Positions 50,419-63,460 of a stretch of DNA of 64,000 nucleotides are shown here, piece by piece. The notes beneath the pieces are model-generated. The model searched no databases and had not been told where the DNA came from. It worked only from the letters and a program-made list of their open reading frames with translations. Origin of the DNA: Hypanus sabinus (taxonomy: Eukaryota); assembly GCF_030144855.1 (NCBI RefSeq), contig NC_082712.1, positions 124,062,001 to 124,126,000 on the forward strand, written 5' to 3'. The position numbers were made by a program, and so were the translations under genes. Position 1 is the first letter of the stretch; each line of letters begins with the position of its first letter.

Positions 50419-53400
50419 GTACCGGGTAATTAGTCATGCTCATAATTATAAAAGTGTATTTAACGTTGGAAGATCTTTCGATTGATCAATTCTTCAAATA
50501 GTAAATGTTAGAGGTGTACTTTTTAGTATTACTCACTTTATATGTTGCTGTTAATTATGTGTATAACATCTTTGTTAGACTTGGGAGCAAATCAAATTAT
50601 GCCAGCCAAGGCATTTGTGTTGAAAAATTTTGGTTAAAATAGAAATGTGGAGGTGATTGGCTTATCTTTCATTTATTTTCATCAACGGGTATGACCAGCA
50701 TTTCTTGGCCATTTCTAATACCGCATGAGGAGGACTGGTGGCGCGCCTTTTTGAACTAATGCAAAACTTTTAGTGGAACAAGTGCCACAGAGCTCGAGGG
50801 GAGGGAGTTCCTGGAATGTTTATAACATCAGAGGAAGGATGATTTAATCCAAAATCATGACGGTGTGTAATTAAGAGGGGAACTTGAAGCTGGTGGTTTT
50901 TCTATGCACCTACTGCCTTTATCTGTCCCGGTGATAGAGATTGTGGGTTTGGGAGGTGCTTTTGGAGTAGCCTGGGCAAGTAACTTTACCTCGTTTTGTA
51001 GGTGGTGCACCCTGCAGCGGCTGTGTGCCAGTGTTAAAGAATATTTCAGATGGTGGATGGGTGCCAATCAAGTAGGCTGCTGTGTCCTGATGTGCAAGCT
51101 TCTCGAGAGTTGTTAGCACTGTGCTCGTCTGCTGTGGCCATGTTGTGAAAGTACACCCTCCACAAGGGGGCAGCATTGTCCCCAAGCCACTCTTGATATG
51201 AAGTTGCTGTCTGAAACAGCGAATGAACCGTTCTTTCCTCCACCAGGAGTCGTGGAGCAGGTCAGAGTTTGTCCAAGAGCCGATTGATTGATTGACCAAC
51301 TCCCCTGTAAAATCACAAGCCTTGCAGATGTCTTTGCTTGAGTTGCTTCGTAACTTCTGCATTAGTGTAAGCTGACAAGGTAGAAGTGCTGTGAATCCCC
51401 TCTCCTCGGTTAACACAACGCTACTAAGATGTATTAGTGTGTACGCTTAAGATTGGGGTGAGATTTTGTGCATGTTTTGTGGAGAGCCTGGTGTGTCCAT
51501 GTTCTGTGCATGAAATCCTTTCTCATTGTGCAGGTCAAGTGCATGGCTTATAGACAGCAGACAGAAGCTGAGTCAACAAAATAGCAAAAAAGTGTGGTGG
51601 CCCTGTCCTGTTTTGGCTAGGTTTTACTGTTACATACATGCATGACGAAATTAGTGCTGTAGGTTTTATAAATACTATATGATCATTGGAGCTTTAATGG
51701 GAAATAACCTTTAAAGGACAAAAGCTATCACGCAACATGAGAATTGCTTAAGAATTACTGTACATCACATACTAGTGTTCTAGGTTTAAGGCATTAAATA
51801 TGTTATTAAACTATATATTACCTCTTACCAGTTTAAATATTGATTTACTCCACTAGGTTTTTAAGACTAATTAGCATTAATGAACAAACACACACTGCTG
51901 GAAGAACTCACGTCAAGCTCTGTGCTGTATACATCAAAAAGTAAATTGAATGAATGTCTATACTCACAATCATGCAAAGGACCAAATGATCAGGAGTGTT
52001 GCTGCTGTTTAGCCAACATCTGCACCGCCCTCCAATGTCTTCTCACTGTTACTCTGTTTAATACTTGGAAAAAAAAGTCACCTTTTCAGCTTATTCTCAT
52101 GAAGATGAAATAAAATGTAGGCTCTGAATTGCCTTTTACTCATATCTTACCTGACTAGACTACTCGTTAAAACAAGATCACAGAATTCGATATATATAAT
52201 GGGCAGTATGGTCCTTTTCAGTCGTGCAGTGTTCAAATTTACATTTTGAAACCAGTTATGAAGTTGTTCAATATTCTTAAAACCTTTGCTAGTTACAAAA
52301 TTTCAGATGCAGCAGCGTGAATACAGATGCATAAATTCCAGATGAGTGAATTTACTGTAGTAGAGTGGAGGGCCATCAAGTGCTTCCAGCATCATTATTG
52401 ATAGAAAAATATAAAGGAATCATATAAAGTATATTATATTCTTTCCAATGGCTGATTATATTGATCAGACATACAGATGACATTAGATCAATTAGCTGAA
52501 TACATTAATGATTTCCTTAATGAAGCAGGTCTCCTCCACGATTACAGTTGCAAGTGACTTGGACAGATCTCTTTTGCAAGTAGATTAATCGTCGTAATGT
52601 GTGGCATTTAATTTGAAAGAAGTTTGTGTGCTGCATGCTATTTTGGGTCCTTGTGGTATTAGCTTAATTCATGTTTTGCTCTACAGTATGTTTTACGAGC
52701 TCTGTCATCTGCACAGTACAATTGGCCGTCATTCTCAGGGACTGCACACATTCTTCCACTGTTTGAACATGATCTTACTTGAAGTTTGCTCTGGTTTATT
52801 CTGGTAATTGTACATTAGGGTTGTATAGTGTGTTGTTTGCGGACTCTACTGAGCTACTTACATTTGTCTCTATCATTTGGATGATGTCACAGAATTCTTT
52901 AATAGTAGTCATGGTGATGGAGTTCCTATGGTTACAACAGAGTTCCCTAGTGCCAGGAGAAAGCACATGAGGAATATTTTCCTACTGGATGTAGAATTAA
53001 CTCTACTTTCCAACACAAGATTAAGATCCATTATCTTCCATTGTGCTCTGATGTTTTTTTTCAAAACCATTGGCAGCAGTACTTAGAGAAAACATCATCA
53101 TTCCTGCCACTAGTAAAATCAAATTAAACATTTTCTTTTCCAATTTCCATAGCTAATTGCAACAGAGACAGCAGCAACACCAACGCATTTAAGTAGCATT
53201 TCATTTGCAACAGCGCAGCAGTTAAGGAGCAATGGAATTGGTATAAGTAGGGAGTGGATTATCAGTATAGATATGGTAGCCTGAAGGCACCCTTTTCTAA
53301 ATGGTATGCCTCTGGGACTGAAGTAGGGAAGAAGTCTTTGTACAGCTACTATATTTAATTTTGAGGATTTTTTTTGTTGAATATATCGCAAAGGCCAGAA

Positions 53401-53461
53401 TTTTTCAGTATAGAAACAGTTTATGGATTAAAATTTGTTAATTTGCATTGACCAGAACTGT

Positions 53462-54017
53462 ACCAGGCCAAATTTGGAGTATCGTGTACAGTTCTGGTCA
53501 CCGAATTATAGGAAAGATGTCAACAAAATAGAGAGAGTACAGAGGAGATATACTAGAATGTTACCTGGGTTTCAGCACCTAAGTTACAGGGAAAGGTTGA
53601 ACAAGTTAGGTCTTTATTCTTTGGAGCGTAGAAGATTGAGGGGGGACTTGATAGAGGTATTTAAAATTATGAGGGGGACAGATAGAGTTGATGTGGATAG
53701 GCTTTTTCCATTGAGAGTAGGGGAGATTCAAACAAGAGGACATGAGTTGAGAGTTGGGGGGCAACCGTTTAAGGGTAACACGAGGGGGAATTTCTTTACT
53801 CAGAGAGTGGTAGCTGTATGGAACGAGCTTCCGTTAGAAGTGGCAGAGGCAGGTTCGGTATTGTCATTTAAAGTAAAATTGGATAGGTATATGGACAGGA
53901 AAGGAATGGAGGGTTATGGGCTGAGTGCAGGCCAGTGGGACTAGGTGAGAGTAAGCGTTCGGCATGGACTTGAAGGGCCAAGATGGCTTGTTTCCGTGCT
54001 GTAATTGTTATATGGTT
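53462..54017 (+). mobile_element. CR1 3' end, same subfamily as 14450-15470
   Basis: RPNLEYRVQFWSP...GYGLSAGQWD* is nearly identical to the other copy and has the same tail. Confidence 0.92.
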
Positions 54018-54085
54018 AAAATTAGCATACTTCCAGCTACGATTTAACAATGTATTCTTTTTTAAAACTACCTTTTTCTATGCAG

Positions 54086-54268
54086 TCACGACGTATGGCC
54101 AGTTGCAGTGTGCTCCATTTCTCCTGGTTCATCGTTATTTCACGACTGAAGGAGAATAAGTGCGCTGTCCCAACTGAAGGAACCCGACTGTTCTCGTCTG
54201 TGGATCCTAATATCAAGGTGATCTTTCCACCCGGGGCAGTGAATGAGACTCGCACTGTGAAAATGCAG
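54086..54268 (+). CDS. PIDD1: PIDD1 exon containing the first HFSW autoproteolysis site and the start of ZU5-2
   Basis: SRRMASCSVLHFSWFIVISR...EGTRLFSSVDPNIKVIFPPGA...VKMQ. TGCAG| acceptor, CAG|GTTTGT donor. Confidence 0.95.
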
Positions 54269-54434
54269 GTTTGTGCTATGTGTTTCATCTGGAGCACTAA
54301 GAATGTGACTGTGTCTGACTCAGCTCCATCCTCCAGTAAAGGGAATGGCTTCCTCTAAAATTGTACTTTTCCCCCAATTTGTTTTCTTTTTGTTTGCCTT
54401 GATGCTTCTAACATTGCCTTGAATTCAAACGTAG

Positions 54435-54582
54435 GTGTTCCCTGTTACTGTAGAGGAGTTACATGAGCTCACAGATGGTCAGCACTCTCTTGCAAGCCCT
54501 CTGCTCTGCTTGTCACAAAACTCAACGGATGACTTTCTGAAACCAGTTACGATTCAGCTTCCATTGCCCTCTGGGATCTCAG
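54435..54582 (+). CDS. PIDD1: PIDD1 ZU5-2 exon (148 nt)
   Basis: VFPVTVEEL...SPLLCLSQ...FLKPVTIQLPLPSGIS(G). GTAG| acceptor, G|GTCAGT donor. Confidence 0.95.
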
Positions 54583-55857
54583 GTCAGTGTTCTGAAACGC
54601 TGGTGAATGTTAGTTGGTAGTTTCAAATCTTAGTGATGAAATTTTAAAGTGAATGCTGGAACGGAGACAGTTGGGATGTTTCTATCAAAACTTTGGTGGC
54701 AGAAATACACAATGAAAAGGCTGTTGATAAATTACTTAGCAATTTTCATTTATGAAGTCAAGGGATCCATAAAACCATGGCACAAAACCGAAGAATAAAT
54801 CCACTTGAATAATTCTGGACACCTTGATTTAAGATGGAAATCAGTGCTTTGGAGAGAGTGCAAAGAGCATTCACCAGGACTGTTGTTAAATGGAGAAGCC
54901 ATAGCTGCTCACTTTGGAGCAGAGGAATGCCAGATTTGTAAGATGTAGTCACACTCGTACTACTTTGTTAGAATCGTGCTATTTGCTCGGTTTGGATTGT
55001 ATCCATTTTGAGTTGTCGTAACTTTAAGGATGATCAGTGTGTCAAAGATCTGTCGATTTATAGTATTTCTGATACCTGATTATGTTGCAGGTTCTGCGAT
55101 TGCTGTTCCACTGAGGCATGACAAGTTTAACAATCTTGCCATTACTACATCAGACACCAAGTCATTTGGACATTAAATATGTATATTTCACTGAAGTTCA
55201 CCATTAACATAACATTTCCAATTGCCTAATTATGGACTAATCAGTCTCCTGTTTTATGCATGCCTTCTTTGTCAAGTCGGAAAAAAATTTAGGCTTGGGT
55301 GCATAAAACATTTTCAGTATGGTCACTAGGATGGCTGCTGCAGTTATCAAAAATGTTACTCCCAGTACAGACAGTTCACCACTAAGTCAGAGTATTCGAG
55401 AACTATGCTATACATCTCACTGTTCTCTCCTAGCAGGACTGTTTGTAGACCCTGATAATTAAAATGAATGAGAGGTCATTTATGTTTGCTGGTCCTTCAT
55501 TTAAGAAACATTTTCACAAGTACAGTGCTTTAGATGCTACCTAAAATGATACTTAGTATTTATTTCCTCATTTATTCTTCCAATTATGATTTCTTCTCTC
55601 TCTCCCCCCCCCCCCAACTCATCATCCTCTAGCTAAGAGGACGTGCCCACGGCTGAGAATAGAGTGTGAGGACTTTTGCACATCTGTCCTACCTGAGTAA
55701 TAAGGAATTCAAAACTAGTGTCATTTTTAACTACATTTTTTGAATCCTTCACTGTTTATGTTCTGTAGCCTATTTAGAATCAGTAATGATAGTCACTTTT
55801 TAAAAGAAAAAGTATTAAAACTAATCTTGTAATTCTTCAACAAAATCATTGACCAAG

Positions 55858-55993
55858 GTTTTACTCTGGACCGTTCCAAAGTTCATTTACTTCACGGAGA
55901 TCCGGAGGTTCAGGACTGGGTGGACATTACAAATCAGGTGGTGCTGGAATTCACTCACCTTTACGCCATTTTTGAAGTTCACCATTTTTCGTG
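55858..55993 (+). CDS. PIDD1: PIDD1 exon (136 nt) ending in the second HFS(W) autoproteolysis site
   Basis: (G)FTLDRSKVHLLHGDPEVQDWVDITNQVVLEFTHLYAIFEVHHFS(W). AAG| acceptor, TG|GTAAG donor. Confidence 0.94.
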
Positions 55994-57519
55994 GTAAGAC
56001 GTGTAAAGAACGCCATTTGCAGTATCTGTTATTAACCATGCATCGCTTGGAAAGCCGGATAAAGTGTTCCCATAAATGAACCACGTAGAGCTGCAGAGCA
56101 GTGGAATACAGAAACAGGCCTCTTACCCTACTATACCCATACAATGCTTCTTGAGTTATTGCACTGGTAGTTGTACAAGTGTTTTTTGTTAGGGAGCTTG
56201 CAGTTTTGTCCCAGCAGTAATAGGGAAAGCCTTATATTTCTGAGTCTGGTTGGAATGTAACATGCAGGAATTGTAGATGGTGGAATTCCCAAAATGAGGT
56301 TTTGCTTGTCCTTCCAACACCCAGCTAAATCCATCAATAGAAACTGCTGGAGTGTAATGTGTTAAAATAGCCCTCTGGCTTCTGGAGGCTTTGAAACATG
56401 CAAGCGTAGAAATGTTGATAGAGGCTTTAGCTAAACATCCTGATGCATTTTCTGTGCATTTGCATTCAAAATGAGTAATTGCTGAGGAGCCTAGGCTGGA
56501 AGTAGTTTGGGCATAAAACCCATTCTTTTTACATGCAAGCATGGTAATTTGTTTAAACCAAGATTTCAGTTATGTAATTACATTAAAATACCATTGCTGC
56601 TCGAATTGTAATTGAGATGAATGACTGATTCTGAAATAACAGTTTAGTGCATAAACTAGATCTTGACTTAAATGAGGGACTTTAGCATTCTCTAGTGAAA
56701 ACATTTCAAATAGCAACCTTGGGCGGGGCTGTAAAAATAAACCATTATTTCTTCCAGGAGGTTCAATGATCGTAAAACGGGTGCTTGACTTTTGGGATTT
56801 TCCTGCTTTTCACTGGAGAGATGATATTCTATATTTTCTTATATTTCTGTGGTTGCCTCATAATATTGTATTTCAAAAGTAATTAATTTTGTCCTAGAGT
56901 CAAAGAGCCTTACAGCATCAGAGGCATCTTTGGCCCAACTCTGCATGATCTTGTGTTATCACATTTCTGCTTAAATTGATTATTTACTTCTTATACTTCA
57001 TGCCCTAACCTTCTGAATCTCCACTTCGTTCAGGAAAGTTTACAACCTTCCCTTTATTCTGCATCTTAATAATTGCAGTAGATGATCCTCTTCCTTTTGA
57101 AAAATGATTTATCCCATACACATTGTATCCTGAGCTCCTGTTTCAGGGTACACCCACTGTCATGGACTACCAGCATAAACACCAGCTAATGTTGTACACA
57201 TATATTCATATGTACAACGTGCTACAAATGTTTTCATTTTCACAGGTACTGTCCATTCAAATGTTTTCTCATATAATATTCTTCTGCATTAAATTGATAC
57301 ATGTGGTATATTTACATCACATACATAAAATATGTTTTAATGTTATCATTTCAAATATATAAATCCACATTATTCCTGCTACTCCCTGTCATTCATGGGC
57401 CTCCAAAGAAGAAAAAGCTGAGTTTAGGAACTTCTAGACTTAAGTATTTAAATAAGATTGACACTTTAACCCAGCCCACTGGAAACCAGAATGGCAATGG
57501 AAAAAGAGAGGGGGGGAAG

Positions 57520-58890
57520 TCATAGAGTTGATGAAAAGTACAGATACTGACCATTCGGCCCACCTAGTCCATGCCAAGCTATTTAAACTCCCATCAACCT
57601 GCACTGGAAACGTAGCCCTCCATGGCCCCTACCATCCATGTACTATACCTATCCAAACTTCTCTTAAACTTTAAAACAGAGCTTGCATGCACCACTTGTG
57701 TTGGCAGCTCATTATTCATTCTCACAACCCTCTGAGTAAAGAAGTTTCACCTCATGTTCCCCTTAACTTTTTCACTTTTCACCCTTAACCCATGACCTCT
57801 AGTTGTGTTCCCAGCCAACCTCAGTGGAAAAAAGCCTGTTTGCATTTACCATATCTATACCCCTCATAATTTTGTATATCTCTATCAAATCTCCTTTCAA
57901 TCTTCTATGTTCCAAGGACTAAAGTTCTAATCTTTCCTTATAACTCAGCTCCTCCAGACCTGGCAACGTTTTTGTATATTTTCTCTGCATTCTTTCAACC
58001 TTATTTACATCTTTCCTGTAGGTAGGTGACCAAAATTGCAGCAAATTAGGCCTCACCAATGTCTTGTACAACTTCAACATACATCCCATCTCCTGCATTC
58101 AAAAATTATGAAGGCCAATATACCAAAAACTTTTTTTATAACCCTGTCTACCTGTGACACCACTTTCAATGAGTTATGTTCCTGTATTCCCAGGTCCCTC
58201 TGTTCTACTGCATTCCTCGGTGCCCTACCATTCACTTGAAGACCAACCCATATGGAAGTGGGCCTATGGAAGTGCAGCACCTTGCACTTTTCTACATTAA
58301 GTTGTATCTGCCCTTTTTCAGACCATTTTTCCAGCTGGTCCAGGTTCTGCTGCAAGCCATGATGGTCTTCCTCGCTGTCCACTATACCTCCAATCTTGGT
58401 GTCATCTGCAAATTTGCTGATCCAGCTAAGCACATTATCATCCAGATCATTGAAATAAATGACGAACAACAATGGACCCCACTCCAGTAGGCACCAATGT
58501 CTACTACCTCATCTTGAATGCCAAGTGCTTGAACTTTCTTGACCAACCTCCCATGCAGGACCTCAACAAATGCCTTGCTGAAGACAACGTACACTGCCTT
58601 GCCTTCATCAACCTTCCTGGTAACTTCCTCGAAATACTCTATAAGATTGGTTGGGCACAACCTACCGTGCACAAAGCCATGCTGACTAACCCTAGTCAAT
58701 CCTTGTCCATCCAAATACTATTATATCCGGTCCCTTAGAATACCTTCCGATAACTTTCGCACTACTGATGTCAGGCTCACCGGCCTATAATTTCCTGGTT
58801 TATTTTTAGAGCCTTTCTCAAACATTAGCTATCCTCCAGCACTCCGGCACCTCACCTGTCAGGATGATTTAAATATCTCTGCTAGGGATC
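57520..58890 (-). mobile_element. CR1 LINE fragment
   Basis: SQHGF, FSKAF and ISKFADDTKIGG motifs. Confidence 0.85.
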
Positions 58891-58944
58891 TCAAAGGAAA
58901 CTGAAATCACCCTTTCTGAGAAATTACTGGAAGTTAGAGAAATC

Positions 58945-59475
58945 AGTGCTCACACCAGCAGGTTAGAGTCTATGCAGAAGGAGTAGCTCACACCTGAGTT
59001 TGTCCTCGTTATGGCAGTAGAGGAGGCCATGCACAGATATGTCAGAATGGGAAGTCAAAGTGAAAGGGGTAGCAACTAAGAGATCCTGACTTTTACTGTG
59101 TACAGAGACAAATCAGTCGCCCCTCCCCCTTTTATTTCTTTTTCCATTCCCCATTCTGGTTACCTTCTTATTCCTTCTCCTCACCTGCCCGACGTCACCC
59201 CCTGGTTACCATCTTCCTTCCCTTTCTTCCATGGTCCACTGTTGTCCCCTATTAGATTCCTTCCACATCAGCCACCTCTTTCACCTTTCTCCTACCAGCT
59301 TCTTGCTTCATTTCCCCTCACCCACACACCCACCTTCCCTTCACCTGGACTCATCTATCACCAGCCAGTCTGTCCACCTGCTCCTCCCCTTACCTTGTTA
59401 TTCTGGTTTCTGCCCCCTTCCTTTCCAGTTCTGATGGAGGTTCTTGGCCCAAAATGTCATCTGTCTGTTCCCCTC
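58945..59475. mobile_element. Decayed Penelope-like remnant with an inverted segment
   Basis: Shares GGCAGTAGAGGAGGCCATG...TGTCAGAATGGGA and the pyrimidine-rich pLTR with the other copies. Degenerate hammerhead motif at about 59427-59465. Confidence 0.55.
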
Positions 59476-61332
59476 CAAGTGACCCTTCCACCATGCAATA
59501 ATTATAGGGTCTAAATGATTGTTACTGGCACCTTATGCTTTTCTGCACAATGAGAATTTTCTACTGGGACGGCTTATAGAAGACTGGCTCGTACTTCTGC
59601 ACAGCACCTCCAATGTGACCTTTCCAGGGCAGAAAATTCTCACGTGCATTTATTCGCAGGGTATCAATCCACAGCATGTCAGACATTGCACCATACCTGA
59701 AGACAACACTTGACTGGAGCAGCATAGTTGAAAATGTGGAAGATATTCTAAACTTATGGCATTTATGTACAAGTGGCAGGTAGGATGGTCCATCAAACTT
59801 CACGCACCCTCATGGTAGTTAGAGTATTGTGACAAATCTTTCCACCATTGAGAACATAAGTGTAGATAGGAGGCCGTCCAGTCATTTGAGCCTGTCAAAG
59901 TCACAACTAATCTTTTTCCAATAGTATCCCATGATTCATTAATGTTCAGAAAGCTATCTGTTTTGAATAATCTTAATGACTGAACATCTACAGCCCTTGG
60001 GGGAGAAAATTCAAATTAATTAATCTCTTCCTTCCCATCAGCCATCCATCCTCCACCCCCTGCAGCCCAAAACACTGTCATGGGAGGAGAAATCCACGGT
60101 TCAGGTGGCAGAAACCCCAGCCAATAAGTAAGATAATTCCTTGGGAAATTACTCTCTGGAACTGTCAGGCAAACAAGATCAGCCTAGCAGATCAGATCAA
60201 ACAAAATTGCCATGTGGCTCTCCTCTGTCTAGATGAATAGTTTCCACTTAATACTTCACATTAAATATTCAGACACCCACTACCAGTATGTATCTTCCTT
60301 GTTCAAACTTTTAATAACAGGATGTTCAGCGTACTTGGCAATCTATTTTCAGCCTGCTTCGATGTTCAATAAATTTGTGGCTACATTTTCCCTCAGTGCT
60401 ACATTCCTCTACTGTTCCGAGTCTCTATGTTCCCACAATGTCTAAAAATCCCTTGGATTTCTTCCTTGAATATCCTCAAAGATCAAAGTAAATTTATTGT
60501 CAATGCCATCATATACTACCTTAAGATTTGTTGCCTTGCAGGCATTTATACAGGGAAAAAAATACAATAGAATTTTCCAAGAAATATACATAGATAAAGA
60601 TTGACAAAGATCAAGGTACAGAAAGAAGACAAACTGTGAATAAAAATACTACTGAGAACATGAATGAAAAGAGTTGCTGTAGATCATAGTTTAGAGTAGT
60701 GGTGAGTGAAGTTATCCACTATGGTTCAGGAGTCTAAAAGTTGTAGGGTAAAAACTGTTCCTGAACCTGCTGGTGTGGAACCCAAGGCTTCTTCAGTAGA
60801 GAATTCCAAAGAATCTCAACTTTTTGGGTGAATAAAAAATACCTTCTCATTTCTGGCCTGAATGGCTGACCCCTTATTTTGAGACTGTGGCTCCTGATTG
60901 TTGATTCCCCAACCAGGAAAAATATTATCCCTGTGTCTGTCTAGTTGACCCCCATAAGGAGTTTGTTCATTTCAAATGACATCAACTTATATTCTTCTAA
61001 GTTTATGAGAATACAGTCCATGGCCACTTGATCTCCTCTTGTATGACAAATCTGCAGTCCAATGAGCAGGAAGGAGTATATTCTATAGGGTGGGAGATTA
61101 AAATTACACAGATGCACAAATATGCAAATGAAAAAATATGTGGTCGTGGGCTTGGTGAAGTGAGCGTTTGGTTATTTTTGCCACTTGGGTTTGTAACAGT
61201 CTCCATTTCACACATCCTCTTTCCAAATATCTTCTCCCTTTTCTATCCCCTAAGCTATTGAAAGTTGCAAATGTGGCTCTGGAGATTCACACCAATATGA
61301 TGAACTGGCTGTTTTCTGTTTGCATTAATCAG

Positions 61333-61483
61333 GTACTGGCTGTGGTACACAACTAAAACGTATGTTGGTGGAATCGCTAAAAATGTGTATGAACGCCTGA
61401 GAAGGTGGCAGGTCAGTTTTCTGGCACTGCAAAGAAAGAGGGATCCAGAGCAAGTTCTGCTCCAGTGCCTTCCCAAACACAAG
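61333..61483 (+). CDS. PIDD1: PIDD1 UPA-domain exon (151 nt); later exons, including the death domain, are beyond the window
   Basis: (W)YWLWYTTKTYVGGIAKNVYERLRRWQVSFLALQRKRDPEQVLLQCLPKHK. ATCAG| acceptor, AAG|GTAG donor. Cumulative CDS is 1848 nt, in frame. Confidence 0.95.
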
Positions 61484-62582
61484 GTAGTTCTTACTAAATG
61501 AGAAAAGGCTTGCATGTATCAGTTCCTTCATGTCCTTAAGATAGTTCCAAATAACTTGCAGTCTCTAGTATCACTAACTTAATGTGGAAAATGCACCACT
61601 TTAAGGTTCCACTGACATCAGTGTGAGAATGACTTGATAGAATGTTTTTAATGAAGTTGAACTTAGAATAAATTATTGTCACATGTATTAAGATACATGT
61701 CAGTCTCTCTCTTTCTGCCGATGCTGTCAGAGGATGGTGCCAGAGTAAAGTTTAATCAACATGGTTTGTAGATTGGACTCTGATTCACATTCTGTTTTCT
61801 GGTCTCTTTTTTTGTTACTACCTTTTGGGCGATTTTTGAATCGAGGCAGCCTGCAGATAATGAACACTGAGCTGAACTGAAATCTGCCTTTTGATTTTGT
61901 GTTTTATATTCCGTGCTTTAGGTAATTTTTTTTTTGCTGCCGTTTGCACGATTTGTTTTTTCTTGCTCGTGGGGGAGGGGGTTTTGATGTTTTTCTTTGA
62001 AATGGTTCCATGGTTATTCTTTGCTTCGTGGCTGTCTGTGGGAAGACGAATCTCAGGATTGTATACTGCACACATACTTTGATAATGAATGTACTTTGAA
62101 TACAGTGTTGCTTCTCTGCCATCCAGATCATTCCGTACATGAGAGAGTACGAAAGGAAAGCATCAGAATCAGAATCCGGTTTATTATCACCGGCATGTGA
62201 CATGAAATTTGTTAACTTAGCAGCAGCAGCTCAATGCAATACATAATATAGAAGAAATTAAAATAAATAAAGATAAAATAATAAATAATCGATTACAGTG
62301 TATGTATATGGAATAAATTAAACATTGTGCAAAAATTGGAGATAATATATATTAAAAAGTGAGGTAGTATGCAGACTGTAGTGATAGATTTACTGAGAAA
62401 ATCCAAATCAGGTTTAATATCACTGGCATACGTCATAAAATCTGTTAAATATATGGCAGGAGGTCAATGAAATACATGATAGATAAATATAGAGGAAAAC
62501 ATTGAGTTACAATGTCTGTTAAATAGTTGAATTAAAATAAATAGTGGGAATAAAACAGAAATAAAGAAGTAGTGAGGAAGTA

Positions 62583-63460
62583 CCATCGGCCCTCCTTAAC
62601 CGCGAGGAATTGGTTCCAGGACCCCTCATGGATACCAGAATTCGCGGATGCTCAAGTCCCTTATGCAACCTCTCTATCTGGTGGACCTTAGGACCCAGCA
62701 GAATCCCAGACCTTATTTAACATGTCTCAATGCGCTGGACATTAGGACCCGGCGCCAGAGCTCTGAATGCACAGTGTTTCTGTTCACGAAAATAATCACG
62801 ATCATGATTGAAAATAAAATGGAAATAATAAAGAGATTGGAAAGAGGTGAAACGCCATCAGTCATTGGAAAAGCATTAGGCTACAGTCAGTAAACGATCG
62901 GAACAATTTTAAAGGATAAAGTGAGAAAGGCTCTGTCCCGATGAAAGCTACAATTATTACTAAGCAACGCAGTGGTTTAATTATTGGGTTTTGGGGTTTT
63001 GCATTTTTGATTGTCACATCAACCCGGAACGGTGGAGAGTGCACTCGGGAGCGGTGTGTCCGGAGTCCGAGAATTTCTGTTCCTGAGCCCGGCGCTGAAA
63101 CATATGTTCTTAAGTGTTTTATATGCATAGAAAGGTAAAATATATACTATATACTAAGACAAACGTTTGACTAACTGACGCTAATGTACCTGTTCCGACT
63201 TACTTAGTAAGAGAACTTCCAATTTTTTTCAATCCCGANNNNNNNNNNNNNNNNNNNNNNNNNNNNNNNNNNNNNNNNNNNNNNNNNNNNNNNNNNNNNN
63301 NNNNNNNNNNNNNNNNNNNNNNNNNNNNNNNNNNNNNNNNNNNNNNNNNNNNNNNNNNNNNNNNNNNNNNNNNNNNNNNNNNNNNNNNNNNNAACAAGTG
63401 CTGGAAGAGCACTTCCGGGTTGAATTCGCGCATCCGGAATCCAAGGATGAGGGCCGACTG
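62583..63460 (+). mobile_element. Tigger-family (MER2-like) element spanning the assembly gap
   Basis: TA-flanked ends CCATCGGCCCTC...GAGGGCCGACTG. Internal CENP-B-type HTH remnant IENKMEIIKRLERGETPSVIGKALGYSQ*TIGTILKDK. Confidence 0.8.
63239..63392. other. Assembly gap (154 N)
   Basis: Run of N. Confidence 1.

Noticed and set aside
52877-53086. Possible extra PIDD1 exon in intron 7
   Set aside because: No convincing splice sites, and the flanking exons already join in frame and align with PIDD1.
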